This document shows positions 44,144 through 54,200 of a stretch of DNA of 64,000 nt, one piece after another (position 1 is the stretch's first letter; each line of letters begins with the position of its first letter). The notes below the pieces were generated by a model that saw nothing but the letters and a program-made list of their open reading frames with translations, was not told the origin of the DNA and searched no databases. The DNA comes from a virus (taxonomy: Duplodnaviria > Caudoviricetes): the IMG/VR virus record IMGVR_UViG_3300028833_000053. One strand, written 5' to 3'. Position numbers and translations under genes: made by a program.

Positions 44144-44824
44144 TCAAGTCAATATGGATTCGATGGGAGAATAACCATGATTGAATATAAATTCATGACT
44201 GGCATTCTCCCTTCCTGTTTCAGTGGGGATATGCCAAATATACCCTTTTGCATATGAGTGTATTCCTGAAATAGGAGTATACTGAATGAAAATATTTTTA
44301 CTTGAAGCGAAAATCAAATCACTGTGAAAGACCTTGTTTCTCCTGACCCTATAACAATCAGCCGTACCCACATTGTCCAGGTATGCTATAAAAGCGTCAT
44401 ACATATCTTTGAATACCATATAGGCATGTGAACCATAGCAATTTGCGTTAGACAAAAGGTTATCATCAAATGGCTTGCCACACTTCAAAAATGAATATCC
44501 GAAAATCAACAGCTTGCATCTATCGGGCATGGAGTTAAGACATTTCTCTAATTCTTGACATATGCCATTGCAAGGATAGGCATCATCTTCAAATATGCAA
44601 ACAAAAGGCAAATCCAATTGTTTGGCTCTCAAAACCAATTCCTTATGAGATGCTAAACAATTTTGGGGGCCCGTATTTTCCTACTTGCAAATTCCCTGAA
44701 ACTTCTATGGAATTGGGAGTAACCTGTGCGCCTAAAACAATTTATTAAACCTGGCAAGCCTTACGTCGTCTATAGAAATTACAAATGAATTAGCCAAAAG
44801 CTGCTCAACAGTTATTTTATTCAT
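44144..44824 (-). CDS. Glycosyltransferase family 25-like
   Basis: With TAG readthrough (44732, 44705, 44681): FVISI..R, CLASH, IFEDDA, GSHAY. Confidence 0.8.
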
Positions 44825-44855
44825 CAATATGCCTTTCAAATCAATTATACTTTCT

Positions 44856-45887
44856 TTATAACGATTGCATATTTCTCAATGCCTCGTCAATATCAATATC
44901 ACTGGATTCAACCAACTTATACAGTTGAGATATATACCAGCAACTGTCAATGACATCAAGACGCTGAAGGAACTTGAAAGTGGAGTTTGCAGTGAGCCAT
45001 TCCCTGTTCGTGCGCATTTCCTCGGCTTCCTTTTCGTTTGACGGATTGATTCCAGACCTTCTGCGCACCTATACCATTTCATCCTTCAACTCCGCCACCA
45101 CGCGCATATTCTCTTGTATCTCGTCCTTGATCTCTTCCAATCTTCTTTGAACCAAAGACATCATCTACTCGTTTGAATACACGTCCTTGTTCGAGGACTG
45201 CTCCAGAATGGCATTGTATTTATAGAGGTTTTTGTGCAATTCAAACAAGGCGGTTTGGACCCGCAAACCAAACTCAAACGCCTCGTTCCATGACTGCTCA
45301 TATTCGGAATATGGATCAAACTCCATATCAACCAACATCGGACCTGAAAGCCACTTGTCGTTCATCAAGTCATAGCAGCCGCAAGAACCCATGTCCGCGT
45401 AGATGTTTGGCTGGAAGTAGAACTCAAGCGGATGGGCGCCGCCAACAAGCAAATCCTCCCCTGCCAATATCTTGTCCTGTTCCAACTTGCGAAGGTTGTT
45501 CAATTTCTCAGCAGTTTCTGGTGGCAATTCAACTTGAATGTGAATGTCAACATCGGCATCATCGGTATATTGGTTTGAGCAAATTGAACCGACAACGTTT
45601 ACGCCAGTTGCCTCCACCTTGTACCTGGCAAGGAACTTGTCAACCAATTCAAGGGCTTTCTGCTTTATATCCTCCTTGATGACATAGCCCGATTCAGTCT
45701 TGTCCCAAACTTCGGAGCAAAGGGTCTCTGAAACTGGATAGTCTATGGTAGATTCCTTTTTGATGGATTCTGCAGCAACCCCAACAACACCAGAACCATG
45801 TACTGCTTCAAGCCCACAGGACGTTCCACCGGACATCCCAATGGGGTTGGGGCAGACCAACAATCCAGATTTCTTCTTTTCCGCCAT
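44856..45887 (-). CDS. Pol-beta superfamily nucleotidyltransferase
   Basis: VVGSICSNQYTDDADVDIHI (GS..DxD); TAG at 45165 and 45069. Confidence 0.8.
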
Positions 45888-45889
45888 TG

Positions 45890-47470
45890 TTAAAACTCCA
45901 TCCTTGTAATGCAATTCACGAAATCGCCAAACGCCTCGGAATCCTCCAAAGCGACTGCAATGGGCTTCTTGAAAAAGTCATACCACTTCTTCGCCCTTGC
46001 ATATCCAGGATATGTTGAAGATGCCACAAGCCTGTCAAACTTCTTCACCTTGCCAACTATCTTCACTGGCACGGTTCCCGTCAATGCAATTCCAACCATA
46101 ATCTTGTCAGGTTGGTTCTCACCATTAAGGACAAGTCCTGGTTTTGACGTGACAATGGCATTGCACACGCCCTTTCTTGACAAAGTTATCTCCTTCTCAC
46201 CACCGAACATCACCAACGTCCCAGGTTCATAATCTTTGTCAGACTCCTTGAACTCGGCAAGGTCTGCCCAACGTGAACGCATGGCAGTACCGTTGATTTC
46301 CTTGTCAAACGTGGTTTGCCCCAAGAACCTGGCATTGTGGAAGAAACGGCATTCGCCAATGAAGGAGTTATGGGTGTAGAAATCCGCACGTTCGCCATAG
46401 TGGTATTCGTTTCCGCGGACCTTCAACACGCCATTTACATCTGGATGCTTTGCACGTACCTTCTCCTGCAATCCGCATCTTCCATCGCTCTAATCAAGGT
46501 CTTTCCAATCCTCATATGTAACGTCTTGCGTGGATTTCGTAACTTCACCGCCCAAAAACCCTTCGTGAATCAAATGACCAAATTCGTTTCTTTCATCCGC
46601 GGTATGCAAGGTAAGAGGCTTGATGTCAACCTCTGCCCATTTGTCCTGGTTTGCAAGTTTCCAGTTTATCAGGGCGCGGATGGCATTGAACAACCAAGTC
46701 ATGCTCATCTTCCTCGAAACATATCCATTGTGAGAACCATACTTCGTCGCACCATCGCCCAACCATTCGGAAACCTCTATGTAGGAACGCATGATGTTGT
46801 GTCTCAAGGTATCCCTGTCCAAAGTTGTTATTGAACCTTCTGTTGAATCATCCCCACGTTTGGCATGAACATCATCCTCGGCATTATATGGATCGACCAT
46901 TTCATCAAGTTTTCTGGGAAGAAGCTTGTTCGTATATCCACTGAATTTCCTGTAGTCGAAAACACGGTCAATGTCACGCAAGAGATTGTATGGATGCTCG
47001 TTCCATTCCACTATTTGCCATTTTGGGTCTGACGTGTCTGTTCCAGTACCAACGGGACACCAATCCCAGTAGAAATAGGCATCGTCAACATGCTGTCCAT
47101 AAGACCATATCAATTGCTTCTGAAAAATGTCGTCGATGTTCTCAATACGTGCCTATGTCACGGTAAGTTGATATGGAAAATACCTCCCCAGCTCGTTCTT
47201 GAAATACTCTTCCTTCTGGACGGCGCTATAAGCTGTTGGAGCCTTTCTCTTGATGAGGTCTTCTATTTTAGCCCTTTTCCATGCGTCTGTTTGTCCATCG
47301 TACCCGGATGAACCCGTTTTTGGATATTCCAATTTATCCAACGTGGCATCCAACTAGGCCGTTGTGGCGGAATCAAATACCTAATAGGCATTTACGTCAT
47401 GCTGGTTTATGAACCTGCGTATCTATTCTTCCGGTCCCCAAAATGGTACTTCTGAAACTCGTTTAATCAT
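45890..47470 (-). CDS. Tail fibre/spike with C-terminal intramolecular chaperone (peptidase G2-like), ~526 aa
   Basis: WADLAE..YEPGTLV.FGG.KEIT, IALTGTVPVK; TAG at 47423, 47381, 47354, 47153, 46490; GTAAATA 47503-47509. Confidence 0.8.
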
Positions 47471-47593
47471 GGCTGATTGTTCTCATTATGCTTTGTCCAT
47501 TGTATTTACCATTATCGGGGAATATGACATTCCCTGCTGATACTGATAGACACATTCGGAACAAGAGCCGAACAACCCTAAAATGAATTGATT

Positions 47594-47713
47594 TTACCTT
47601 GCCGCTTCAAACGTGAGCATGGAAAGACCCGCAAGATATACGGCTTCCATCCCAGAGCAAAGGCATGACCACACCGCAAATCCAATCGCGGCAAATGGCA
47701 TCCACTTCTTCAT
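47594..47713 (-). CDS. Small hydrophobic peptide (39 aa), absent from track
   Basis: MKKWMPFAAIGFAVWSCLC..; TGGTATAAT upstream. Confidence 0.4.
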   Translation of the reverse strand: MKKWMPFAAIGFAVWSCLCSGMEAVYLAGLSMLTFEAAR

Positions 47714-47750
47714 TTTCCAAACAAAGTTCATACTTCAATTATACCAAAAA

Positions 47751-49742
47751 TCAGAATTCCGTCAACACGTCATATTCCTCTTCACCATCATCCCAATCCG
47801 TGCCATTCATGAAGTCAAAGGTCTCGTTCACGGAGAAAAACTCCCGCTTCATGCCATGCCCCCACTGGCGGTTTCCATAGAACAACTCGTCCTGGGGAAT
47901 GTCCCTTTCCGAACCATCCAATTTGATTATCCTATGCTCTTCAAGATTGCCCAGCTGGGAAATGATGCTCTTGTTTGCCGGTAGGTTCAAAGTCTCTTCA
48001 ATGAGGCTCTTGTCAAATGGACTTGTGTATGCTACGGATTCTGGTAGAATCCGATCCATTTTCGTCTTGAAAGCCTTTGTCACAGCATAGTGTTGCTGTA
48101 TGGTGTCGGCGAAAAGCAAGTACATTCCCCACACCCACGTCAGCATATAGTCGTCATGGCACTTGTCCTTTGCGGAGAACGTTATGGAATTGCTTGTGTT
48201 CTTGCGGACAAACGTTCCCATTTCATTCACCAACAACTCGTCTGGAATCGCAATGTCAATTTCCTCGGTTGTTATAAGCTCGTTCAAGAACATGCAGGCT
48301 TCAAGTTTCGTCTTGTTCTTTGACTTCACGCCATATGTTATCTCCCCATATTTTCCCGTTGGGGAAATAGCCTGCTCATAGAACATTCTGTCCCTTGGGT
48401 ACATGTAGGTGTCCATCATAATGTCCACGAAGCCTGCACCAACGCCATTGTTCTCAAATATCAAAGGCGGGAATCCATACAGTTTCAAGAACTCATATGT
48501 GGCATAGCCAAAATCCACGAGGGTCGCCTTGGAACACGACATACGAGCGCAAAGGGATATGTGGCGGACGTCCGTAACGTCCCACACGTTCATCACGGAA
48601 GAGTCGTTTCCAGTTCCCTCCGAAATATCCCCAGAAGCAGCATACGTCCTTGATGGATCAAATGGTTTCCAGAAATACGCCGTTATTTCCTTGTCGGGGT
48701 TCTTGGACAGATTCAACTGCGCGGGTTCTGGGAAGTTCTTTAGATTCATTCTGAAATGCTCTATGGAATCGGACGGCACAAGGGAGGCATCACCACTTGA
48801 CTTGAACTCGCACTCGAATTCCTGCATCCAACGGTTTATGCCAATCGTTGCAATTTGCTGGCGTTTCCATTCCTCGTCACGTCCAGGCACATCATACCAC
48901 AAGAAGCGGAACGGACGCCAGTTCTCCTCAGATTCCACGTTGGGGTCGGTAGCCTGCTGCCATGTGTCATAGAACAGATTGTTGGCGGTTCCATTTGGAG
49001 TTGAAACCATGATTGCCTTTGAATCCTTGGAAGATGAAAGCACAGGGAACACGGACGCCATAAACTCGTCGGCGATTCCCTTTGGCAAGAATGCAGCCTC
49101 GTCCATCACAAGAACGTTTGCGGAGAAACCACGGCAACCTGATGAACCCGTGGCGAAGCAACGAATGATGGAGTTGTTCTCAAACTCAATGCACTTCTTG
49201 TTGTACGTTGTCACGCCAATTTTTATGGAAGAAGGACAGTACTCATAGGCAAGGCGGATACGATCCATGATTTCAATGGCAATATCCAACTTGTTTCCGC
49301 ACACCATGATTCTCTTGTCTGGATGATACATCGCATACCACAAGAGGAACACGGTGTAGATTGTGGTTTTTCCCACCTGACGCGAAGCCGTAACTATGAC
49401 ACGGTTGTTGTCCTAAATGAACTTGAGCAGTTCCTGCTGTTTTGGATATGGGTTCAGCGTGACAAGACCATCGCGCAGTGAAACTATCTTGAAGTATTTT
49501 TTGCAGAAGTAAAGTATGTCCTTCTTGCAACGTTTCAATTCCTTTGCAGTTGCCTTGAACTGCTCAGGGGTCATTATCTCCTTCTCGCCAGCCTTCTTGA
49601 TTGAAGCCAGCTCCTTGTCACCGTTCTTCTTGTTTGGAAGCAAAGCCGCGGAAGCCAACTATGGCTAATTGCTTTTTGGCTTGTTCCCCAAATCAAGATC
49701 GGCGAACTTGTCTATTTCAGTTTTTCCTATTTCCTTTGGCAT
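47751..49742 (-). CDS. terL: Terminase large subunit, T4 gp17-like (663 aa)
   Basis: YFCKKY, PYPKQ, SRQVGKTT, VMDEAAF, VSTPNG, QEFEC, HDDY; TAG at 49665, 49659, 49413; GAGG RBS; GTAAATA 49787-49793. Confidence 0.95.
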
Positions 49743-49828
49743 ATAATACCTCGTTCAATTATACTTTATCTAAAACCAAATTAAGTTATTTACAAAGTTA
49801 TGAACAAAATATCAACAGGCTGGGTAAA

Positions 49829-49861
49829 CAAAATTGCGCCTGGACTTTCGCCCAGACGCAA
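49829..49861 (-). terminator. Intrinsic terminator
   Basis: ttgcgcctgg/ccagacgcaa stem with U-run. Confidence 0.7.
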
Positions 49862-49883
49862 CCCCTTGTTCTGAGGGCGAGGA

Positions 49884-51008
49884 TTAGACCTCGTGGGATT
49901 CGTTGAGGTTCTTGCCGAACTTCTCACGCCACTCCTTGTAGAGCGGATGGCGCATGAGGTTCATCACGGCCACGGAGGGCTTGATGCGCTCGGTGCCAAC
50001 TCGGGCGGCGGTCATAGCCATCGTTGCGAACGCCGGGGGCAGACCCATCGAGATGCGGAGGAAGCCATTGACTCGGTTCGCGGTGTCCTTGTCGTCCGTA
50101 CCACGCCAGAGGTGGTACACCATCGCGGAGGTGAGCGCGTACTTGAGGTCGTCGCGGGTCGGGATGACAACCTTCTTCTTGGGATCGGTCATCATGTCAA
50201 GCACGTTGTCCATCTGAGCGGACAGCTTGTAGAACTCCATGAACTGCTGCCCAGCGGGGACACCAACCAGACCATACACGGCCTTGCGGAGCAGGGTCTC
50301 GTTCTTGAGAATCTTGCACATTTCGGAAACGCGCTCCCAAGAACGGGGGGTCGGGAAGCCACGCTCAAGGTTCTGGTCATCCACGGAGAGCAGAAGCTGC
50401 GGCTTGAAGTTGATGAAGCCAACCACGGTCGGGTGGATGTCATGCGAAACGGCCCACGTCACCCAGTCCTCGGCATTCGCCTCAATCTCAAGGTGCATCA
50501 TGCGGTTCGCAAGAGCGGAGGACATCGTGGTGGAAACTGCGCGGTCGCAAGAGCGGTTGCCAGCGGCCACAATGAACCACTTGGACGGAACCTTATAGAC
50601 GCTGCCACCACCAAGCTGGCGGTCAAGGATAAGCTCGTAGGAGGCAACCTGCACGTCCTTGGGCGCGGCGCTCAGCTCGTCAAGGAAGATGATGCCACCC
50701 TTCTCGTTGTCGATGGGGAAGATGTCAGAGGGAAGCCACTGAACGTTGTGCTTCTCGGTATTGGGAACAGGGAGACCACGGATGTCAATGGACTCCATCT
50801 GGGCGAGGCGGACGTCCACGAAGCCAACGCCCATCTCCTTTGCCAGAGACTTGACGATGGTGGACTTGCCAACGCCAGGTGCGCCCCACACCATGACGGG
50901 CGGAAGTTTGGAAGAGGTATTCTCGTCAGCGAGAATAGTCTCGATTGAGGAACGCAGGATGTCCTGCAGTTCGCTTGCGTGTACCACGTTGTGCGTGTCG
51001 ATTGCCAT
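49884..51008 (-). CDS. MoxR-like AAA+ ATPase
   Basis: WGAPGVGKS, DIRGLP, IFLDE, AAGNR, ALANR, PTPRSW; AGGAG RBS. Confidence 0.9.
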   Translation of the reverse strand: MAIDTHNVVHASELQDILRSSIETILADENTSSKLPPVMVWGAPGVGKSTIVKSLAKEMGVGFVDVRLAQMESIDIRGLPVPNTEKHNVQWLPSDIFPIDNEKGGIIFLDELSAAPKDVQVASYELILDRQLGGGSVYKVPSKWFIVAAGNRSCDRAVSTTMSSALANRMMHLEIEANAEDWVTWAVSHDIHPTVVGFINFKPQLLLSVDDQNLERGFPTPRSWERVSEMCKILKNETLLRKAVYGLVGVPAGQQFMEFYKLSAQMDNVLDMMTDPKKKVVIPTRDDLKYALTSAMVYHLWRGTDDKDTANRVNGFLRISMGLPPAFATMAMTAARVGTERIKPSVAVMNLMRHPLYKEWREKFGKNLNESHEV

Positions 51009-51053
51009 AACTAACTTACTCCTTTAGGGAATCTCGTGGGCGTTCCCTTTTGC

Positions 51054-51120
51054 CCTCAGAACACTTACAGTATAACATATCCCCATCGGAAAAGCAATAG
51101 GGTTCTGAAAAATAATTAAA
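51054..51120 (-). promoter_or_regulatory. Strong early sigma70-type promoter, repeat copy 2
   Basis: TTGCTT-17-TATACT, TG extension, UP element; matches 17644-17711. Confidence 0.8.
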
Positions 51121-51177
51121 TATTTTTATTGAATAGTTTTGGCTATAAAATACGCAAAAATGGCAATTATGCAAAGA

Positions 51178-51240
51178 AGCCGCACACCCGATTCCCTTGC
51201 TTTTGGTAGATAGAAGGAAAGAACCCTCGGATGTGCGGCT
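51178..51240 (-). terminator. Long hairpin after giant ORF
   Basis: agccgcacacccga/tcggatgtgcggct arms. Confidence 0.6.
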
Positions 51241-51250
51241 ATTGAATCAA

Positions 51251-54200
51251 TCAATATGTGGTTTCATACACGTTGTTTATCTGTTCCTTGTCCTTGGAAA
51301 TGCCAAAAAGCATCTTTGATATTCTCCATGCGCAGAACCTCTCGGGCTCGGGCAAAGAACCAATCACCTTGTACTTGTACCAAGCAATCAAATCAAGGTT
51401 GTCGTCACGTTCCTCGAAATTCTCAGCCAGATTATACCACGGGGGAATTGCATAAGCCGAACCAACACGGCAACAATATTCCCACTGAGCTTCTGTCGGC
51501 AAGTCAAAGTTTATTCCGCCAGTCACGCCAGAGCTCCACCTCTTTTTCCTCCATGTGGTTTTTGTCAATCCTTGCTTATTGTCCCTTGCATCCATCAAGT
51601 ACTGCATCAACGGACTGCCACCATACTTATCGTACTTTCCATTTGCAAATCCATTCGCCTTTGCTTCATATCCAGAAACGGAGAGTCCATCACCCAATTT
51701 ATTTTCCCACCAAAGTGTATTGTAGTAATTTCCCTTTGCCCAGGTTTGATCACTCCTGTCGGGACCGCCACGACCATCACCTTCATAACCCGTGTTCACC
51801 CCGTATATTCGTGTCTGAGTTTGGACAACTACCTTGGAATTCAATATGTCCATAAAGGACATTGGCGTTGAAGGATGTTCAATCAACTGGAATTCATCTC
51901 CATTGGCTGACATAATATAGCCCTTTGTAGTAGCCTCTGCGGGCGGTGAGGAATAAAGATCCCGGGCCGAACGCACTGCGTTATAGCTCGCATAGTAAAA
52001 CGGACGTGTGTCCTCCAATGGGTTGTATATTCCCCAGTTGACCAATTTTGTTACGCGCTTTTCCTCCACTTCTGTCAATGGAACCGACCTGTATCCATTT
52101 GCGGGTGAAGAACCACCGGACGATGAATAGCCACCCTCTGAACCGGTGTCTCTCGGTGAAAGAGCAGCCAAGTCGCTGATTTGATCCTATGTCAAAATCA
52201 CCTTGCCGTTCTTGTCCTTTCCAGTCTCAAGAAGGTATTTCCATTCTTCATTCTCCCACACGCAAACATACTTCCAATAGGATTTTTCCATCTTCTTGAA
52301 ATTGGTGTCACCGATTGAACCCGGATTGCCTACTGCTTTCGCCAGATTCGCGCGGGCGTAACCCTTCATTAATGCCATGTCAGGAACCATGTTATATGTT
52401 GGGGTGTAGCCAGATTCTCCTGGCCGCTTTCCTGTTGCATCAACAATCAACTGATACGTTGTCACATAGCCAGCCTCGCCGGGCACTTTTCCATTTACAT
52501 CCTCTATGAGTTCTTTAGTCATCGGAACGGCACCACCAGAATTTTTGTGGAAACCATACACGTAGCACCATTGGGCAATCGTCAGTTCAAACGGGTCAAT
52601 GAAGAAGTGCTTGTTTCGGAAATACTTTGCGCGTTTCTTGTATGTGGTGACATATCCGGCGGCACCGGGTGACCTGCCACTGCTGTCTTTTCCCTTGGCA
52701 AGATCTCCAAACTTGTTTCTCTCGTATACCCAAGGTTGAGCAGCATCAGAAACATCTGGATTGTAGAAATCCTTCGCCCTTTCAATTGATGTGTACCAAG
52801 ACGGCCATTCCTTTTTGTTCACTGGAATGTTTGGATAGTTCCTTTGATATGAACCGCCGTTTCCAAGGGTGACATACTTGTAGTCGTCCCTTGCACTGTC
52901 AACTATGGATTCAGCGTCCCTATACTTTCTCTTGTTCGGGTCGGTTATCAAGTCATAGTCGCTTGCGTGGCTTCCCATCACGAAGTTGTCGTACATTTCA
53001 CCTGAAATTTCCTCTATGCGTGAAAGGATTATCTTGGAGGTCTTGAATTCGTCATCCGTGTTGATCCTTGCGCTGTCCTTGAATTTCATCGGAAACTTTC
53101 CAGGCTGCAACGTCAAGAGCGCCGCCGCGTCATCACTCAATCTACTGTCAATTCTCTTGTTGTATTCAGTCAAGTCAGGAAGAAGGTCTATGACGGCGTA
53201 CTTGTATGAGAATTTCTTTCCGTCGGACAAATTTCCAACACCTGAACCCGACATAAAGGATTCATAGAACACCTCCTTCAATCCAGTCACGTCCATCACG
53301 GGGATTGACTTGACAATCACGGTGTTTTCCTCGTCCTCGTAATCGGTGAGGGAACGTCCAGAAGAATTGGTCATTTCGTCAAAGACCTGATGTTGCCAAC
53401 GGTATCCCATCAATATCGGCAAGGCTTTCTTGAAGTCGGTGTAGAACGTTTTCACGAAATTGACCAACTTCGTGTGCGACCATATGTCCTTCGCCTCACT
53501 GTACGTTCCAACGTTTTTATCGGATTTCGTGGAATTCGCAATGGCGATTTTCGTCAAAGCGAATTTCCAATACGGTGGATAGGCGGGGCCGGCCCATGCG
53601 TCCGTTATTGTGGCATATGCCCCAACGTCGCCGTACCTGGTCTTGAATTCCGATGCAGGTGCGGGATTGCAAGTCAACACCTTGTTCTTCGTGGCGCAAA
53701 CAGCGGCACTGGTTATCAAGCCAGAAGAGGTCTTGGCAATGTTTTCCTGATGGACTATTATCTTCATATGTCCTGTGACAACTTCCCTTTGATCCTCACC
53801 TTCTCCCTCCATATGTCTGTATGTAATGGTAATATAGTCCAACGGTTCCTTTGTCCAGGCGTATTTGCAATCTATCTCGGTTGGCGGGGAATAATCCCTA
53901 ACCTTAAGCGACCGAATCCAACTTGTGCCAGAAGTTGAGGTCGCTCCAGAACCATACACCGAAGGACTCAACGCGGAACACATCTTATTGATGAACATTG
54001 GATAGCAAGTTCCTGCAAAATTGGATCCCGCAAGAGTCCAATCTTCGGGCCACTCGCCAGTTTCTTCGTTCTTTTTCTTCTTGTACACCACGCACAGGCA
54101 AACGGCCATAAGCTCTATGGATTCCTCCGTCAACGTGTACTTGCCCATGCGCCTAAACGGATAATCTTCAGTTTTCTTCCTTCTGTTTTTGTCGTCCCAC

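Noticed and set aside
47751-49742. Terminase, gp55 and others as pseudogenes or intron-split genes
   Set aside because: Every interruption is a single in-frame TAG with no frameshift or intervening sequence; recoding explains all
49893-50948. 351-aa plus-strand ORF
   Set aside because: Antisense shadow of the codon-biased AAA ATPase gene; no RBS or motifs
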